Assembly (NCBI GenBank): GCA_035491955.1
Contig: DATJJU010000001.1
Coordinates: forward strand, 393 to 64,392
Reading direction: 5' to 3'
DNA length: 64,000 nt
Source of the DNA: Minisyncoccota bacterium
GTDB lineage: Bacteria > Patescibacteriota > Minisyncoccia > Phycocordibacterales > UBA9973
Every line of letters starts with the position of its first letter. The stretch's first letter is position 1. Below are positions 46,127-54,462 of this stretch, piece after piece. A program made the position numbers and the translations under genes. The notes beneath the pieces were generated by a model. That model did no database searches. It was not told the origin of the DNA and saw only the letters and a program-made list of their open reading frames with translations.

Positions 46127-47093
46127 AGCGTTGAAGGAGTAAGAACAAGGCCATACCGATGAGAATAACCGCTCCAAAGATGAAAATCTTGGCGTGGTTA
46201 TTTTCTTTTTGCCCCGGATCTATTTCAGATGTCTGTTCAGCAGGATCTTCAAGCAGAGCGGCTTCGTTATCATTTTGAGCAGAAGAAATAACAGGAGCAG
46301 ATTTTTTAACAGAAGTCTTTTTCGAAGGCTTTGGCTGATTAACAATTGCTGTAGGAACAGTGGAAATGATAAGAGAAGTGTTCGGAGCAGATTCCGCTTG
46401 CGGAATCTGCTCCGGCTTTTTATCTACCACAGGTCCAGCCTCGGGTTGGACCTGTGGAGTTTCAATAGTACTAGCCGTAGTAGGAACACTTTCCGAAGTT
46501 TGTATTACTGGAGTCTGAACAGCAGGAGTTTCAGTAACAGATACAGGTGTTTGCTCTGCAGTCCCGGTATCATCTGTTGTAGTGTTTTCAACAGGAGTCG
46601 GTGATGCATTCTGCGCATCAGGGGTACCAGGTGCAGTAATCCAGCTTGAGCCATTTAGCTGCATAGTATCTTTTGTTTTCGCGTCGCCCGCTGGCCATCC
46701 GCCCGCAAATGGCAAATTATCAATAATCTTTCCTGTTTTATCGACAAGGGTGAGATCTTCGCCAGTGTTGCGCAATCCTCCGCCACCAAATGTCCCTGAT
46801 TCACCAGCAACGCCAGGCACTGCGTCGGGAGCGCTGGCAGTAGTTCGCTCAACAAGCACATATCCTCCAGCAGAAATAGTCTTACTGAGAGTAAAAAGCA
46901 CAGTATTGCCTGTCTTGTACAACTTCCAGCCATCAAGCGATACGCTGTCAGTACCATCATTATGCAGTTCTATCCACTCGCTATATTGGCTTGAAGCAGT
47001 ACCCATCCAGGCTACTTCATTTATCTTTACATTCGCCAAAGCATACGCGGGCAAAAGGAGTACGCAGAGAAAAAGCGCAATAAAATATTTCAT
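46107..47093 (-). CDS. lamin tail domain (LTD) secreted protein with a C-terminal membrane anchor
   Basis: Signal peptide, LTD signature (INEVAW...SEWIELHNDG...L.GWKL), Thr/Pro-rich linker, and a C-terminal transmembrane helix. Confidence 0.7.
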   Translation of the reverse strand: MKYFIALFLCVLLLPAYALANVKINEVAWMGTASSQYSEWIELHNDGTDSVSLDGWKLYKTGNTVLFTLSKTISAGGYVLVERTTASAPDAVPGVAGESGTFGGGGLRNTGEDLTLVDKTGKIIDNLPFAGGWPAGDAKTKDTMQLNGSSWITAPGTPDAQNASPTPVENTTTDDTGTAEQTPVSVTETPAVQTPVIQTSESVPTTASTIETPQVQPEAGPVVDKKPEQIPQAESAPNTSLIISTVPTAIVNQPKPSKKTSVKKSAPVISSAQNDNEAALLEDPAEQTSEIDPGQKENNHAKIFIFGAVILIGMALFLLLQRFKAREE

Positions 47094-47109
47094 ATTGTGT
47101 AGTAATTAT

Positions 47110-49005
47110 TTATTCCAAGACTTTACGTAATGTGTTGTAAGGGATTTCTGCAGACTGTGCTTCAATAGCAGTAGTAGGAGCTGGCGTGGGAGCGGGCTTT
47201 GCTTCTTGAGCTTTAATAGGTTCAGCTGGCTGAGACTGCACAGGAGCTTGCTCTGTCTTTGGGGCTACAGAACCAAGCGCGCCTTGTAGAGCCGCCTTAA
47301 GAAGATCGCGGTTTTTTTCTGTCGGGCCTCGCTCTGCTATTCTCACTGGAGGAATGGCCTCACGCAATGGCTTTTCTCCGCTAAACGGAGTATTTTCTTT
47401 TTGTTTTACTGCTGGTGCAGGGGCTGGCTTTTTTGAAGCATCAATTGATGAAAGGAGGTCATTGAGAGCAGGACTAATTGGTGTTTTTTGTTGTGCGGGA
47501 CGAGAAAGTTTTGATTTGCCGGCAGCAAGCTCTGGGGCTTGTACTTCAGGAAGTCCTGAAGAAAATGCCTTCTTGAAAGGATTATGGGTAGGACTTTTGA
47601 TCGGACGAGGCTGATCAGATGCCGGTCGCGGCGCAGGACGAAATCCCGGCTTTTGAGGGATACTGTTACCAGGCTGATATGATGTTCCAGAAGGCGCTTG
47701 CGCAGGGCCTTTGCCGTACCAATCAAAGATAGCTTTTTCCACCTGGTCTTTTTGGTGCGTAAATAAAGTACGAGAAGATTCAATAACATCATCTCTATAG
47801 CTTATTGATGGACGAGGCGTTGGCGGCAAGGTACGCGCCGAAAACGGCGAAGAGCCCATATCATTGATCAGAAGCGATAAATAAATTTGCGCCATGCCGA
47901 GATTGATAAGATCGTTTCCGCTAAATTGCGGCGCGAATACTTTTTCCAAAAGCTCTGCATCAAGCGGGCCGACACGGAAGCTAATACTAGTACCGACGTT
48001 GCCAAAGACGGCATCGCGAACAGATTCCTCCATTTGTGCTACATATTGATGAGCGATAACCAAAGCCAATTTATATTTTCGAGCTTCGGACAAAATATTG
48101 GCGAATGATTCATTGGCGAACGATTGGAATTCGTCGACGTAGAAATAGAAGTTTGGGAGCTCTGCCAAGCGTGCCGGTGTGGCATCAGCACGGCTCATAG
48201 CAGCCAAGTAGATCTTGGTAATAATCATACTTCCCATAAGCGCAGTGTTTTGTTCGCCAATGCGCCCCTTTGAAAGGTTCACGATCAAGATTTTCTGATT
48301 GTCCATCGCTTCGCGAATATCGAAGCTGGACTTTGGCTGACCAATGATATTTCGAACAAGCGGGTTAGCAGTCAATTGACCGATTTTATTTTGAATAGCG
48401 GCGCCAGCTTCTTGCATGTAGCGGTCACCGTATTTTGCAAACTCTTCCACCCAGAATGCCTTTACGCCAGGATCGGTAGTATTCGCCACAACCTTGTTGC
48501 GGAAATCCTTATCAGAAAGCATGCGGTTCACACCTAGAAGCGTGGCATCAGGATATTCCAAAAGAGCCAGAAGAATATTATTGAGAATATACTCCATACG
48601 AGCACTCCAGGCATCTACCCAGATCTTCTTGAAGGTGCTCATGAGGCCTGAGGCAACGAAGTGACGCTTGTCGGCACCAACGTCCTCTAAGACATTGAAA
48701 GAGATAGGGTTATCAATATCGAATGGCGCGAAGTAAATCACGTCTTTAATACGTTCCTGCGGCACATAGTCCAACATCTTTTCAGCAAAGCTGCCGTGAG
48801 GGTCTAGCACTGCAATGCCTTCACCGCGGACAATATCCTGAATAGCCATATTTTCAAGCAATGTAGATTTACCGACACCTGATTTACCGATGACATACAT
48901 ATGTCGAGTACGGTCGCGACTCTTAATGCCAAAGCGTGCGCGTTGGTTGCGATAGTCAGTCTCGGCGAAATACGTAATGTGTTCCGGATCGTACGGTACA
49001 GTCAT
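47110..49005 (-). CDS. cytoplasmic P-loop ATPase of the TraD/VirD4 (type IV coupling protein)-like FtsK-HerA superfamily, with a Pro/Ala-rich disordered C-terminus
   Basis: Walker A VIGKSGVGKST, a DPHG motif, Walker B YFYVDEFQ, and a T4CP-like AHQ...Q motif. No N-terminal transmembrane helices. Confidence 0.65.
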   Translation of the reverse strand: MTVPYDPEHITYFAETDYRNQRARFGIKSRDRTRHMYVIGKSGVGKSTLLENMAIQDIVRGEGIAVLDPHGSFAEKMLDYVPQERIKDVIYFAPFDIDNPISFNVLEDVGADKRHFVASGLMSTFKKIWVDAWSARMEYILNNILLALLEYPDATLLGVNRMLSDKDFRNKVVANTTDPGVKAFWVEEFAKYGDRYMQEAGAAIQNKIGQLTANPLVRNIIGQPKSSFDIREAMDNQKILIVNLSKGRIGEQNTALMGSMIITKIYLAAMSRADATPARLAELPNFYFYVDEFQSFANESFANILSEARKYKLALVIAHQYVAQMEESVRDAVFGNVGTSISFRVGPLDAELLEKVFAPQFSGNDLINLGMAQIYLSLLINDMGSSPFSARTLPPTPRPSISYRDDVIESSRTLFTHQKDQVEKAIFDWYGKGPAQAPSGTSYQPGNSIPQKPGFRPAPRPASDQPRPIKSPTHNPFKKAFSSGLPEVQAPELAAGKSKLSRPAQQKTPISPALNDLLSSIDASKKPAPAPAVKQKENTPFSGEKPLREAIPPVRIAERGPTEKNRDLLKAALQGALGSVAPKTEQAPVQSQPAEPIKAQEAKPAPTPAPTTAIEAQSAEIPYNTLRKVLE

Positions 49006-49074
49006 ACCCTAAGTATAGCAGACGGCGCTCTGGCCGTCATAGCATCATAACGTTTCCCTGCTCAATAAAACGGC

Positions 49075-49110
49075 AAGAAAAAATAAAAAGCTCTGCACAA
49101 TAGTGCAGAG
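49075..49110 (-). terminator. rho-independent terminator for the 49117-49767 gene (GCTCTGCAC-aata-GTGCAGAGC followed by TTTTTATTTTTT on the minus strand)
   Basis: Perfect 9-bp stem followed by a U-rich tract. Confidence 0.8.
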
Positions 49111-49116
49111 CCCGCT

Positions 49117-49767
49117 TTAGGAAGTTTTTTTCTTCCATCCTTTTCTAATTTTTCTTGCAGTACCAAATACTGGTTTATTATCAAGCTTTCTTTTCTCGTT
49201 GTACTTTCTTCTTCGTTTTCTTTTAAGTTCAACAATCTTGAGACTGCGAGGAGATAAGCCGATATCCCATGGAGCAGTCGGTGGTTTAGGGTGATCATGT
49301 CCTCCCTCTTCACATCCCCAGTAATATCGAACAGATTTTGTCCTGTAATGTATTTTGCGAATAATAGACATGAATGCCTTGCCGCTCGGACATACCGGAC
49401 GCGCTTGTATATGTTCCTTGCAGATAATCGCCCAATCTAACATTCTCTTAAAAAAGTTTTTTGTTCGGTACATCTGCGGAGCAAAATATTTTGCCACTCC
49501 ATGTTCTCTAATAACAACCCAGCCAGAATCAGGTATTCGAATACCGCCCTCTTTTATTATGAACGATGTCCAAACTCTTACTTCCAAACCCATTGTGCAA
49601 AAAACAAATCCTTCTTCGCGACCTATTCGAGGGGTGGGAGGCTCTACGTTAGCTACTCTTAATTCAGCAGAAAACTCATACGGTTCAATACGACGAAACC
49701 CTTGAGCAATAACCTTGGCTGCAAATGCGAAAAAATGCTTTTCTGTAAACTGATATGCGCGTGGCAC
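49117..49767 (-). CDS. hypothetical protein with a possible zinc-ribbon (C..C..H.H) and a highly basic C-terminal tail
   Basis: 216 aa. The N-terminal region may be nuclease-like (E...E.K-type residues), but this is unverified. Tail reads KRKRRRKYNEKRK. Confidence 0.45.
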   Translation of the reverse strand: MPRAYQFTEKHFFAFAAKVIAQGFRRIEPYEFSAELRVANVEPPTPRIGREEGFVFCTMGLEVRVWTSFIIKEGGIRIPDSGWVVIREHGVAKYFAPQMYRTKNFFKRMLDWAIICKEHIQARPVCPSGKAFMSIIRKIHYRTKSVRYYWGCEEGGHDHPKPPTAPWDIGLSPRSLKIVELKRKRRRKYNEKRKLDNKPVFGTARKIRKGWKKKTS

Positions 49768-49825
49768 TATATTCCTTTCTTTTAAATGTTCAACTTGTTT
49801 TCACCATACCATTTATCACGAGAAA

Positions 49826-49862
49826 GTCAAAAGAGCGAAACGCTACACGTTTCGCTCTTTTT
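49826..49862 (-). terminator. rho-independent terminator after the EVE gene (13-bp stem AAAGAGCGAAACG / CGTTTCGCTCTTT)
   Basis: Long perfect stem with a short U tract on the minus strand. Confidence 0.7.
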
Positions 49863-49869
49863 CTATTCC

Positions 49870-50328
49870 CTACTTCGTCATTTCTTTTACGATGTAGTGG
49901 TAGTGCTTTTCGGAAACAGGCTGGACGGAAAGGCGTGAGCCGGTGGCGCGGACCATCATGCCGTCGAGGTGAGGGTCGTGCTTTATTTCTTCAAGCGAGA
50001 CAGGTTCTTTGAACTTTTTTACAAATGCGACATCTACACAAACCCATTGCGGGTTTTCTTTTTTGCTTTTCGGATCATAGTGATCATCTTTCTTATCGAA
50101 CTGCGTAGGGTCAGCGTGAGCGAGTGCTGTTACTTTTGCAATGCCATAGACACCGTTGGGTTTGCTGCTGGAATGATAAAAGAGGGCCAAATCCCCCTTT
50201 TTCATATCATCACGCATGAAGTTGCGTGCTTGATAGTTGCGTATGCCAGTCCAAGCAGTCTGCTTGTCTTTTTGTAAGTCATCAATAGAGTAACAATCTC
50301 CTTCGCTTTTCAGGAGCCAGTAGCGCAT
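49870..50328 (-). CDS. EVE (PUA-like) domain protein
   Basis: RYWLLKSE...WTGIRNYQARN...GDLALFYHS...SRLSVQPVS pattern; 152 aa. Confidence 0.8.
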   Translation of the reverse strand: MRYWLLKSEGDCYSIDDLQKDKQTAWTGIRNYQARNFMRDDMKKGDLALFYHSSSKPNGVYGIAKVTALAHADPTQFDKKDDHYDPKSKKENPQWVCVDVAFVKKFKEPVSLEEIKHDPHLDGMMVRATGSRLSVQPVSEKHYHYIVKEMTK

Positions 50329-50329
50329 G

Positions 50330-50695
50330 TTAGATGAAGAGTGCCAAGATCAAGAGTAATGAGCCGATGATAGCGATGTTCTTTGTGAACATGATCTTCT
50401 CAGTTGCGCGATGTGCTGGATCAGAAATATTCCAGAAGTCATGCATCATAGTAGTGATTGGGATCAAAGTAAGAATAGCGAGACCCAAACCGATGATCGG
50501 AGCAATCCAGCCTGTCAAAGAGATGCCTGCCAAAGCAAAAGTGATACCACTAATGATTACTCCTGCTTTTGCAGCAGGTACGCCTTTTGATTTCGCATAT
50601 CCTGCCAAGTAGTCCACATGGAACAAATGGTTAAGACCGCTATTCAAGAAGTAGATACCGATAGTAAGATGAGCAATGATAAATAAAATAATCAT
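50330..50695 (-). CDS. DoxX family membrane protein
   Basis: About 121 aa from MIILFIIAHL, with four transmembrane helices in a DoxX-like arrangement. The track start at 50794 would overlap the upstream gene. Confidence 0.65.
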   Translation of the reverse strand: MIILFIIAHLTIGIYFLNSGLNHLFHVDYLAGYAKSKGVPAAKAGVIISGITFALAGISLTGWIAPIIGLGLAILTLIPITTMMHDFWNISDPAHRATEKIMFTKNIAIIGSLLLILALFI

Positions 50696-50726
50696 AAAAA
50701 TGCTTGTTTTGGCTAATACTTCCCTA

Positions 50727-51212
50727 TTATACCAGGCCTGGGTACTGGGAACAATCAACGTGAGGCACAGACAAGGAAGAGCTGCCGTAGTCAATTTCTG
50801 CCGCAGTAGGATTCAATACGATACGCTGCGCAGTAGCGCTATGCATACCTTCGCTGTTAGTCGTGTAGGTTCCATTAAAAATGAATTGCCCAGCGCTTGT
50901 GCCCGCAGTCAGACTGCCTGACAATGTACCAACTTCTGTATCTTTTCCAGCTATTTGAGTGCCCATGGTACCTGTAACAGCATTACCATCTCCTACTGTT
51001 AGTTTTACATATGCTAAATCATTTCCTAGCTCAGGAGCGCCAACTGATGGCTTGTTAAGATAATAACAAATGCTTTGAGAGGCTGGAGTGTTTGCCACAG
51101 GTGCAGTAGTAGCGGGTGCAGACATATGGTGTTTCGCTTGCATCAACAGAAACACTAATGCAGCAACAGCAACAACAGTAATAATAATTGATATAGGTTT
51201 AATCTTTTTCAT
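50727..51212 (-). CDS. hypothetical secreted protein
   Basis: N-terminal transmembrane helix / signal sequence, then a Gly/Thr-rich domain; 161 aa. Confidence 0.5.
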   Translation of the reverse strand: MKKIKPISIIITVVAVAALVFLLMQAKHHMSAPATTAPVANTPASQSICYYLNKPSVGAPELGNDLAYVKLTVGDGNAVTGTMGTQIAGKDTEVGTLSGSLTAGTSAGQFIFNGTYTTNSEGMHSATAQRIVLNPTAAEIDYGSSSLSVPHVDCSQYPGLV

Positions 51213-51235
51213 ATATCTCAGTATACACTAGAAAT

Positions 51236-51286
51236 ATAAAAAGGTCTGTCTTTGCAGCAGTACCTACAAAGAGTAGACCTTTTTAT
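51236..51286. terminator. bidirectional terminator-like hairpin (AAAAAGGTCTGTCTTTG...CAAAGAGTAGACCTTTTT)
   Basis: Imperfect 13-bp stem with flanking A5 and T5 runs. Confidence 0.6.
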
Positions 51287-51306
51287 ATGTACTACTATTA
51301 TAGCAA

Positions 51307-52494
51307 CTATTTCAAAACTGAGGATGTGTATAAGTTGCGAGGGTCCCACATCAGCCATGACTGGATGCCGACATCGTTGGTAGCAGTGATTTGCGCTTGA
51401 ACCATATCAGGAGTATAGATTGCTCCTAGATTGAAATCTTGCAGCCATGGACGAAGCTTGGTCTCAGGAATAGTAATAGCCTTCAATTTCGCAATGCCAG
51501 CTGTAAGCGATGTGTGGATGATATCGTATGGATGCTCTGCCGGATTTTTATACCCATAGCTTCCATTGGCAAAATGCGATGGATAGATCATCGGGCACAC
51601 ATAGTCGACATGAGGAGCGATCAGCTCAAGCTTTTGGCCAATACCCATGTCATCGTTTGCACTCAGTGTCAGACCGAAGATATCTGCAGAAAGCGGAATA
51701 TGATCTTGTCCTCGCAAATGCGCATCTACGTCTGCAAAAAAATCTTCAATAGTATGCTCCTTGTCTTTAGTAAAAGTACTTTCATCAATATCAGACAAGT
51801 TGCCGTCGGAAGGAAAGCGCACATAGTCCAAATTAATTTCATCAAAGCCTTGAGCATAGGCGTCTTCAGCAATACGCTCAGTATAGTGCCAAACATCGGG
51901 ACTATCAGCACGGAGATATAAGTTACCCTTAGGATCTTTCCAGGGACTACCGGTTTTAATGCTCTGCAATGCATCTTCAGGATGAATAGTCGGATAGTAT
52001 GGATCCTGAAATACTTCAATACGACCAATAACATAGACGCCTTTTGCATGAAGTTCGGAAATGAGAGCCGGAAGATTGGCAATACGCTTTGTGCCTACAC
52101 CGCTTGCAAGCAACGTTGGATCAAGCGGTTCGTATGACAAACGACCAGTAGCGTCTTTGATATCGATCACCACAGCATTGAGCTTATTGCCGGAGAGTAA
52201 ATCAAAAATATGACCCATGCCGCTTTTTGTACCTGCAATCCAGCCGGAAGCATAGACAGCAGTAACAGGGTCAGGGGTAGTAATATGAGTAACAGGAGGA
52301 GGAACTACTTCAGGAGTTTGAACTTGTGGACTTTGCGAAAGAGGAGAACTCTCGGTAGGTTCTGATACGGTTGCTAAGGCATTATGGTGATTGAAATTTG
52401 TAGCGTGACCATACAGACCAAAACCACCAACAACAAGAACCATCACTACCAATATTACGATGCCGAGTTTATGTGACGGTTTCTCCTGTTCCAT
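51307..52494 (-). CDS. putative glycoside hydrolase (DUF4015/GHL10-like TIM barrel), membrane-anchored
   Basis: N-terminal transmembrane helix, then a YASGWIAG...NAVVIDIKD pattern typical of the GHL10 family; 395 aa. Confidence 0.5.
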   Translation of the reverse strand: MEQEKPSHKLGIVILVVMVLVVGGFGLYGHATNFNHHNALATVSEPTESSPLSQSPQVQTPEVVPPPVTHITTPDPVTAVYASGWIAGTKSGMGHIFDLLSGNKLNAVVIDIKDATGRLSYEPLDPTLLASGVGTKRIANLPALISELHAKGVYVIGRIEVFQDPYYPTIHPEDALQSIKTGSPWKDPKGNLYLRADSPDVWHYTERIAEDAYAQGFDEINLDYVRFPSDGNLSDIDESTFTKDKEHTIEDFFADVDAHLRGQDHIPLSADIFGLTLSANDDMGIGQKLELIAPHVDYVCPMIYPSHFANGSYGYKNPAEHPYDIIHTSLTAGIAKLKAITIPETKLRPWLQDFNLGAIYTPDMVQAQITATNDVGIQSWLMWDPRNLYTSSVLK

Positions 52495-52525
52495 GAATTA
52501 GAGAAAGTATACAACTACTGTTCTG

Positions 52526-52930
52526 CTATTCCAAAGTTTCTTCCTCCTCAGGTTGCGTCATGAGGATTAGTTTTTCCAAATTATCAGCGGGTTCACTGTA
52601 GTCTTCACCATCGGGAATGTATTCCATAGACTCCATAAACTTCTGCTTAGCATTATCGAGCTCGCCCATTTCCATGAAGAGAAGTCCCATTTCATTGAGA
52701 ATAGTGCTCGCAGTACTATCACGCTTCAAATAGTCTTTTGAATGCTTAAACAATACTTCTGCTTTAGCGCGGAGTACCTGAATATCTTTTTCAGCCTCCT
52801 GTTCACAGGCATATTTCCCTGCCATATCAATAAGCAGATTGAAGGCATCATTATATCCTTCAAGAGCAGCCTGCGGATCGATTTCTTTGAACTTATGCGC
52901 CGCATTCATTAATTTCCAGACCTCATCCAT
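52526..52930 (-). CDS. hypothetical acidic protein
   Basis: 134-aa ORF. Confidence 0.45.
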   Translation of the reverse strand: MDEVWKLMNAAHKFKEIDPQAALEGYNDAFNLLIDMAGKYACEQEAEKDIQVLRAKAEVLFKHSKDYLKRDSTASTILNEMGLLFMEMGELDNAKQKFMESMEYIPDGEDYSEPADNLEKLILMTQPEEEETLE

Positions 52931-52935
52931 GGCTC

Positions 52936-53514
52936 CTATTTTAAACTGCTTTGGATTTCCTGCAAGACTTCACTAATACCGATTTTATCTTCTGCTGAAA
53001 AAGGAATAACAAGCTGTCCGTGAAGCGTGACACGTATATCATCAATGGTTTTTTTCTGGTGAGACTTCTTCACTTTGTCTATTTTGTTAGCAAGGATAAC
53101 GACTCGCTTACGATGTTCAAGAAGTGCATCAAGCATTTCTAAATCTGATTCGGTAGGACCGACGAAAGCATCAATGATGAGTACCACCATTGCTTGGCTG
53201 AGAGTAGCATCAAAGAGATAGCTGTTAATGACTTCTTCGATTTCTGCACGATCAGCTTTTGAAACCTGCGCATAGCCATAGCCCGGCAGATCGATCAAGT
53301 AAAAAATATTATCGATCAGGAAGACATTGATCTGGCGAGTTCGTCCAGGAAAAGAACTGGTCTTTGCCAAACCCTTCACTTTGGTCAGAGCATTAATAGT
53401 GCTCGACTTCCCTACATTGGATCGGCCAATAAATGCCACCTGCGGCAATGCCAAATCCGCCAAAGCAGCGCCCCTGGTTTCTCCTTTTATAAATTTGGCT
53501 GAACGAATATTCAT
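52936..53514 (-). CDS. engB: ribosome biogenesis GTPase EngB/YsxC/YihA
   Basis: G1 (GRSNVGKSS) through G4 motifs in the EngB arrangement; 192 aa. Confidence 0.9.
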   Translation of the reverse strand: MNIRSAKFIKGETRGAALADLALPQVAFIGRSNVGKSSTINALTKVKGLAKTSSFPGRTRQINVFLIDNIFYLIDLPGYGYAQVSKADRAEIEEVINSYLFDATLSQAMVVLIIDAFVGPTESDLEMLDALLEHRKRVVILANKIDKVKKSHQKKTIDDIRVTLHGQLVIPFSAEDKIGISEVLQEIQSSLK

Positions 53515-53526
53515 GACTGCATACTA

Positions 53527-53898
53527 TCACATCGCCTTTCTCCAAGCATCCAGGAGAAGCTTTAGATTATTTTTTCGCTTTAGTACGACATGGAGCTTCT
53601 TATAATCAGGAATCTGCTCAGAAACAAGATCCCAGAATGCTTTGGAGTGATTGAACTGTTTAAGGTGACAGAGCTCATGAACGATAAGATAGTCTTGGAG
53701 GGCCGGATCAAGAAAAAGGATTTTGTATGAGAAATTCAAATTGCCTGCACTAGAACAACTTCCCCAGCGAGTCTTGGGGTTTTTAATGAATACTTTTTTG
53801 TATGGAAGATTGTAGTACTGGTTGAAATGTTCAAGGCGCGCGTGCACCAACACGCGCGCCTCTTCCTTATATTTCTTGTATAGCGCAGTTCCTATCAT
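53527..53898 (-). CDS. YgjP-like/WLM-DUF45 zinc metallohydrolase
   Basis: HEXXH motif (HELCHL) in a YgjP-like context; 123 aa. Confidence 0.7.
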   Translation of the reverse strand: MIGTALYKKYKEEARVLVHARLEHFNQYYNLPYKKVFIKNPKTRWGSCSSAGNLNFSYKILFLDPALQDYLIVHELCHLKQFNHSKAFWDLVSEQIPDYKKLHVVLKRKNNLKLLLDAWRKAM

Positions 53899-53990
53899 TG
53901 CGCTCTATGATCTCATACTTTAAAGATTTTCTAAAGGAGGTGGCAATCTTTTTTGATTGACAGAAATTTCTCTTAGAATATACTAAGGGT

Positions 53991-54046
53991 ATTATGGCTT
54001 CGGCCTCCGAGAATCCTCCCCAGAAATGTGGAGGATTCGTTTTATA
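53991..54046 (+). ncRNA. candidate small RNA (promoter TTGACA-16-TATACT at 53957-53984; transcript carries a GGC-UUCG-GCC tetraloop hairpin and a 9-bp terminator hairpin GAATCCTCC/GGAGGATTC followed by U4)
   Basis: Promoter, hairpins and T tract are all seen directly. The 3' end abuts or overlaps the stop codon of the convergent MazF-like gene. Confidence 0.3.
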
Positions 54047-54440
54047 ATAACTCTTTTATTTTACTAATAAGGACGGTGAATGTTTCTTGGTCAAGAGTTC
54101 GAATTTTCCTATACAGTCGTTTTGTACTAATTGTTCTTAGCTGTGTCAATTTTATCCATGTAGTTATGTTTTTGAAATGTATTTCAAAATGAAAGGGGTC
54201 ATTGTTTTCTTTTGATGTAATAGGTAGTACTAAAAGAGATTCCTTATTATAAACCTTTATAATCAATACCGGTCTTTCAAAGTAATCATTCTTACCGTCT
54301 GTTTCTACTCCAATATTAATACCTAGAGAGCACCACCATATTTCTCTAGAATGAGCATAAGGTTTTCTATTTCGTTGATCAATTTTCTTTTTTAATCCAT
54401 TCCACCTATCGAAATCTTTCATTGCCCAAGTGTAGAGCAA
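54042..54440 (-). CDS. MazF/PemK-family endoribonuclease toxin-like protein (no adjacent antitoxin gene)
   Basis: The core pattern GEIWW..LG.N.G.E..G...RPVLII...LLVLPITSK...FH..I aligns with the EndoA/MazF/PemK fold motifs. There is an N-terminal extension of about 30 aa. Confidence 0.55.
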   Translation of the reverse strand: MLYTWAMKDFDRWNGLKKKIDQRNRKPYAHSREIWWCSLGINIGVETDGKNDYFERPVLIIKVYNKESLLVLPITSKENNDPFHFEIHFKNITTWIKLTQLRTISTKRLYRKIRTLDQETFTVLISKIKELL

Positions 54441-54462
54441 GAAGATTCAAGAAAGCTGAAAG

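Noticed and set aside
49062-49313. 83-aa minus-strand ORF
   Set aside because: It overlaps the 3' end of the 49117-49767 gene and runs through that gene's rho-independent terminator.
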